The position numbers and the translations under genes are program-made. Below the pieces are notes generated by a model, which was not told where the DNA came from, made no database searches, and saw nothing but the letters and a program-made list of their open reading frames with translations. Shown piece by piece: positions 22,723-26,416 of a stretch of DNA of 26,416 bases. The DNA is from a virus (taxonomy: Duplodnaviria; Caudoviricetes). Every line of letters begins with the position of its first letter. Position 1 is the stretch's first letter. The stretch lies in the IMG/VR virus record IMGVR_UViG_3300038393_000621, positions 1 through 26,416 of that record; one strand, written 5' to 3'.

Positions 22723-24383
22723 GCGGCCACCGCTGGCGGCTGGATCATGCCGGCTTGCTGGAGTGCCACGGACGCATCCGCGACGTTCTTGCCCACCACA
22801 GCCCCGCCCTGTAGCGCTGTAGCGGCTTGCGTAAGGCCGTCGATGGTGTTCTGTTGGTCCGTGGCGTCCTGAACTGTCTGTTCGTCATTGAACCAGTCTG
22901 CGGGCGCCTGCGTGCCGCGCACGGCATCCTTGGTGGCCTTCTGCCAGTCAATGAGCGTTGCCACCGTCTTGTCGATCTGTGCAGCCCCGGCGACGATCTG
23001 GATGGATTCCTGAAATGCCTGGACGTTCTGCCGACCCTCGGCGGTGTTCAGCGGGCCTTCGAAGGTGAACGTCACATCCGCTTCGCTCAACGCCCTTGGC
23101 ATTTCATCGATGTTGAAGGCGTTGTTCCTGATCGCCATCTGGAAACCGATGTCCAGGAGAGGCAGATGGTATTCGCTCTCGATAGGCCCGGTGAACGGCA
23201 GGATGGCGCGGCGGTATTCCTCAAGCCTTGCCTGCGTCTCGAAGGCCGTCTTCTGCTGCGGCGGCAGCGTGATCTTGTTGAGCAGGAAGGCTTCCGCAAT
23301 GAGTGCCCTCACGTCCTGCTTCATTTCCTGCCCAAAGCTTAGGCCGCCTGACGGCTGTTCGATGAAAATCGAATCCTGAAGCTTCTGGTCCGCTTCCATG
23401 TCCACATAGGTCAGACCGCCAGCATATCGATTGACGGCATCGCGGAAGATTTCCCCTTTGCCGAACATGGGCGGGTCAACCGCCTTCTCGCCCTGCTCCA
23501 GAAGGATGCGGGCAAGAGACTGAAGCATGCGCGCATCGGGAAGCGAGTTGATGGCTGCGGGGCTGAAGCCCTGCGGGAAGCTCGATACCGTGCGCCATCT
23601 TGGAATGACGTAATTGAAGACCGGGAGCGGCCCCTCCCCCAGAATAGCCTCATGCTCCACATCGATATAGAGCGAGCAATAGGGGTTGTTCTTGTACTGG
23701 CGGCGCTTGGCCTTGTCGTCGCCGTAGATCTCCTCGAATGGCAGGACGATATGCCGGACCTTGAATTCCTTCGAGGGGTCCTTCTCGGCAGCGGTTAGAA
23801 TGTCCTGGTGAAGGTTTCCCGCCCATGCCTTGCGCATCTTCATGTTGCGCGCCGTCATCGGCATGTTGCGCTGGTTATGGTCGATCTTGCCGACCGCGTT
23901 CACCATCCATGCGCATTCCTTGGGATGCCAAGTCCGAAACAGGAAATGCGAGCGATCCGGGCTTTCTTCCACTGACAGAACAGGATTGCCGAACGCCACC
24001 CAATCGTGATCCGCCTCGTTCGTTGCCCTGACGAAATTGGCCCTGCGATCATAGACCAGCCGGCGGAAATGATTGGTCGCGTATTCCAGCCAGCGGGCAT
24101 TCGCCGGGTCTTCGTCAACCTCGTCGTAGCCTGTCTTGACCGCGAACCATTCGCCCTGACGAAGCAATGCCCCGATGGTGTTGCCGAGCGTTTCCCGCGC
24201 CTGAACGGGATAGGAGTCCATCAGGTCTGTCGAGAAATCATCCCCCAGCGTGAAGGACTGCGTGAAGTCCGCGCGCATGGGGTAGATTTGCTCGGCAACC
24301 TCCTGATTGAGCGAATCCCATTGCTGCTTCTTGGCGAAGAGCTTATCCCCGATGCTCACCAGCTCGCGCGCTCTCGTGTCCAT
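22719..24383 (-). CDS. Portal (head-to-tail connector, T7 gp8-like), 554 aa
   Basis: 554 aa following the terminase; WF, D.VAFG, Y.IPRW, EKAVDPP, KTAFE..R.EE, E..LPL motifs. Confidence 0.9.
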   Translation of the reverse strand: MDTRARELVSIGDKLFAKKQQWDSLNQEVAEQIYPMRADFTQSFTLGDDFSTDLMDSYPVQARETLGNTIGALLRQGEWFAVKTGYDEVDEDPANARWLEYATNHFRRLVYDRRANFVRATNEADHDWVAFGNPVLSVEESPDRSHFLFRTWHPKECAWMVNAVGKIDHNQRNMPMTARNMKMRKAWAGNLHQDILTAAEKDPSKEFKVRHIVLPFEEIYGDDKAKRRQYKNNPYCSLYIDVEHEAILGEGPLPVFNYVIPRWRTVSSFPQGFSPAAINSLPDARMLQSLARILLEQGEKAVDPPMFGKGEIFRDAVNRYAGGLTYVDMEADQKLQDSIFIEQPSGGLSFGQEMKQDVRALIAEAFLLNKITLPPQQKTAFETQARLEEYRRAILPFTGPIESEYHLPLLDIGFQMAIRNNAFNIDEMPRALSEADVTFTFEGPLNTAEGRQNVQAFQESIQIVAGAAQIDKTVATLIDWQKATKDAVRGTQAPADWFNDEQTVQDATDQQNTIDGLTQAATALQGGAVVGKNVADASVALQQAGMIQPPAVAA

Positions 24384-24556
24384 TAGGCGGCACCGCGAAT
24401 GTCAGCGTTGGTTCTTGCGTACTCAACCAAATGAGCATCACTCGCGTCGATTATGGCGCAATACCCCCTGGTCAACGGGATAATGCAAATGTCGTCATGC
24501 CGCTCGATTGGCCGCACCTTTTGACATCTCAGACGGTCGGGTACGCGGCTGTCCAT
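24383..24556 (-). pseudogene. Truncated HNH(-AP2) homing endonuclease remnant, 57 aa
   Basis: Hand-translated MDSRVPDRLRCQKVRPIERHDDICIIPLTRGYCAIIDASDAHLVEYARTNADIRGAA; IPLT.G..AIID..D matches the N-terminus of phage HNH-AP2 endonucleases; no HNH motif follows. Confidence 0.6.
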
Positions 24557-24559
24557 CGA

Positions 24560-24763
24560 TTAGCCGGCCTGCCCAAGCAGTGAATTGGAATAGCTCGCGG
24601 TCCCGGCATCACCAGTACGCCGAGATAACATCGTGGATGCCCTGCCCGTCCGTGCCGCTATCTGCTGACGCTCGCGAAGGTCGGCCGCACGGGCTGCCGC
24701 ATCATCAGGAACGGGCATTGGCGTGGGCGGGGTGGGCTTTGGTGCCTTGCCGAAAAGGTTCAT
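24560..24763 (-). CDS. Small conserved protein between terminase and portal, 67 aa
   Basis: TGATG-coupled to terL; Pro-rich start, GRASTMLS, ends SLLG. Confidence 0.75.
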   Translation of the reverse strand: MNLFGKAPKPTPPTPMPVPDDAAARAADLRERQQIAARTGRASTMLSRRTGDAGTASYSNSLLGQAG

Positions 24764-26160
24764 CAGGCTCTCCGTTTCTTCATGTTCGAATGGCCCAGAT
24801 TGACGACTGGCGTTTGCCGGCCAAATCGGCTTTCTTCCCGCCTCGTCATGGCAGGGAACAGGGAAGCCAGGCCCCAGATCATTGCATCTGCCCTGTCCGG
24901 GCTTCTTGACCCGACATAACCAGCGGTTGTCATTGCGCAGAGCTGATCTTCCAAATCGCCGAAATAGCCGACGAGCGAGACCTTCTGCTGCTCAAAGAGA
25001 GCCGCGATAGGTTCGGCCCGCACAATCTTGCCGCGCGATGCGGTGACTTCTCGATACGGCACGGTAGAACCGCCACGTTTGGAGGCCGCCGAGCGGATGA
25101 TTTCCGCCACCATGGCCCCGCCGAAATTGCTCTCGGCCACAACGCAATCGGCTTCCCATCGATCGAACGCAGAGACAGCCGCTGCGCCCCATAACGCGGG
25201 AGCCATGCGCCCTGAAATGTCCTCCAGGATGTATCCTCTGCCGTCCTTGCCAAGACCGCAGACGACAATACCGACTTCATCGGAGCGCTTGTCTTCCTCG
25301 CCGGCTACACCGGAAGGATCAACCGCGACCACGATCCGCACCATCTCCGGTATCTTGCCATCAACGATGCGCTGCTGATCCAGCAATTCCATGGTCCACA
25401 ACGCCGAATCCGCCATGTCGGCGAACTGCCCAAGCCAGAAGCGACGCCTCATGGCTTCCGACATGCCCTGAAGCTCCTCCAGATACGAGGCCGGGAGATT
25501 GGCCTCATTGTCCTTCGGATTCATGGTGATGGCGGCGTAGTTCGCGGGATTTGCCAGCGGCGTCCGGCGATCTGGATCCTTCTTTTCAACGAAAAGCTTG
25601 TAGGTCCAATGCGCCATTCCTGGCGGGTTGCAATCGTAGTAGGCTTTCAGCCTGAGCGGAGTCTTTTGCGCTAGGCGTGTGATCGCCATGTTGCGAGAGG
25701 CATAGGGTATTTGCGAGCACTCGTTGAGATAGAGCGTCGCGTATTCCTGCCCCAGGATCTTTTCGGTGCGCTCTTTGTCGTCCAGCCCGCCGAACCAGAT
25801 TTCCGAGCCATTCGGCAGCGTTAGATACCAGTCGGATTTGTCCAGCTTGCAGTTGGCAGCAACACCGGGAAAGCACCGCTCCATCACTGTGGGCAGCGTG
25901 TCGAGAATGATCGAAGCCTTGATATGGTTGAACCGGTAGCGAAGCATCGCGTGCCGGCTTTTATGGGCCAAAGCCCGGATAATCACTGCGCGGACAAACC
26001 CGAATGTCTTCCCCGAGCGAGAGCCGCCGTATGCCATGATGTGAGTGGCATCAGAGGCCAGAAGATCAATCTGAGCCTGCTGCTTTTTGTGAAGCTTGAA
26101 CGGATCATTGGGGCGAGAGACGCTGCCCAGGATTTCCGTCCACTCACCAACATCGATCAA
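24763..26160 (-). CDS. terL: Terminase large subunit
   Basis: Walker A YGGSRSGKT, Walker B-like LYLNEC, coupling motif DCNP, nuclease residues VAVDP, AESN, SPDRADA. Confidence 0.93.
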   Translation of the reverse strand: MIDVGEWTEILGSVSRPNDPFKLHKKQQAQIDLLASDATHIMAYGGSRSGKTFGFVRAVIIRALAHKSRHAMLRYRFNHIKASIILDTLPTVMERCFPGVAANCKLDKSDWYLTLPNGSEIWFGGLDDKERTEKILGQEYATLYLNECSQIPYASRNMAITRLAQKTPLRLKAYYDCNPPGMAHWTYKLFVEKKDPDRRTPLANPANYAAITMNPKDNEANLPASYLEELQGMSEAMRRRFWLGQFADMADSALWTMELLDQQRIVDGKIPEMVRIVVAVDPSGVAGEEDKRSDEVGIVVCGLGKDGRGYILEDISGRMAPALWGAAAVSAFDRWEADCVVAESNFGGAMVAEIIRSAASKRGGSTVPYREVTASRGKIVRAEPIAALFEQQKVSLVGYFGDLEDQLCAMTTAGYVGSRSPDRADAMIWGLASLFPAMTRREESRFGRQTPVVNLGHSNMKKRRA

Positions 26161-26416
26161 AGGATAGCCGCGTCCTTGGTGCCTATGACTACCTGGATCG
26201 GCCCGCCATCAGGGCCGGTATGTTCCTGCTTGTCGCGCCAGTCCGCAGGGCGGCGGTTCTTCAGCCAGAAGATGGCCGCAGTCGTGTCGGGCGCAACATG
26301 CTCGCGAACAGGGGCTCGGATAATCTCGCCCTGGTGCTGGAATATCTTCTCGCTTTCGAACGTGTAGCCGACCGCCTTATGGTAAAGACTGCTCACCACG
26401 CGCTCGTCGGCTTTTT
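26157..26416 (-). CDS. terS: Terminase small subunit (5' end outside the window)
   Basis: ADERVVSSLYHKAVGY..PDTTAAIFWLKNRRP..WRDKQEHTGPDGGPI; overlaps the terL start. Confidence 0.85.
   Translation of the reverse strand, partial: KADERVVSSLYHKAVGYTFESEKIFQHQGEIIRAPVREHVAPDTTAAIFWLKNRRPADWRDKQEHTGPDGGPIQVVIGTKDAAIL

Larger units (their letters stand above)
1..26416 (-). mobile_element. Podovirus-like phage/prophage late region (packaging, head, tail, ejection, lysis)
   Basis: Continuous minus-strand run terS-terL-portal-scaffold-capsid-tail tube A/B-internal virion proteins-fibres-lysis with frequent translational coupling. No integrase or att site is visible, so prophage versus free phage is unresolved. 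Confidence 0.95.

Noticed and set aside
1-26416. tRNA, rRNA, integrase or att site
   Set aside because: None recognisable by eye; tRNAscan-SE and flanking sequence would be needed to exclude them.

Overview
The whole window (about 60% GC) is the late, morphogenesis half of a podovirus-like tailed phage or prophage, read almost entirely on the minus strand. The gene order resembles T7/BPP-1-type phages, and an alphaproteobacterial (Rhizobiales-like) host is my inference. In transcription order (right to left): terminase small (partial) and large subunits, portal, scaffold, major capsid, tail tubular A and B, four ejection (internal virion) proteins, two tail-fibre proteins and a holin/endolysin/spanin cassette. 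Accessory elements are interleaved: an HNH-endonuclease remnant before the portal; three small genes after the portal, including a 39-aa lipoprotein; a proteasome/HslV-like Ntn protein between head and tail genes; SLT and ADP-ribosyltransferase-like domains inside ejection proteins; a two-gene antisense membrane moron; a glycosyltransferase with its own candidate promoter; and an exported trypsin-like protease plus a metallophosphoesterase after the lysis genes. The most unusual non-coding signal is a three-copy structured RNA motif with a compensatory base-pair change, lying between a terminator and the capsid start. Several short ORFs missing from the supplied track were read by hand, and many starts were corrected using ATGA/TGATG coupling and ribosome-binding sites. 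All product calls come from motifs and synteny, with no database search.
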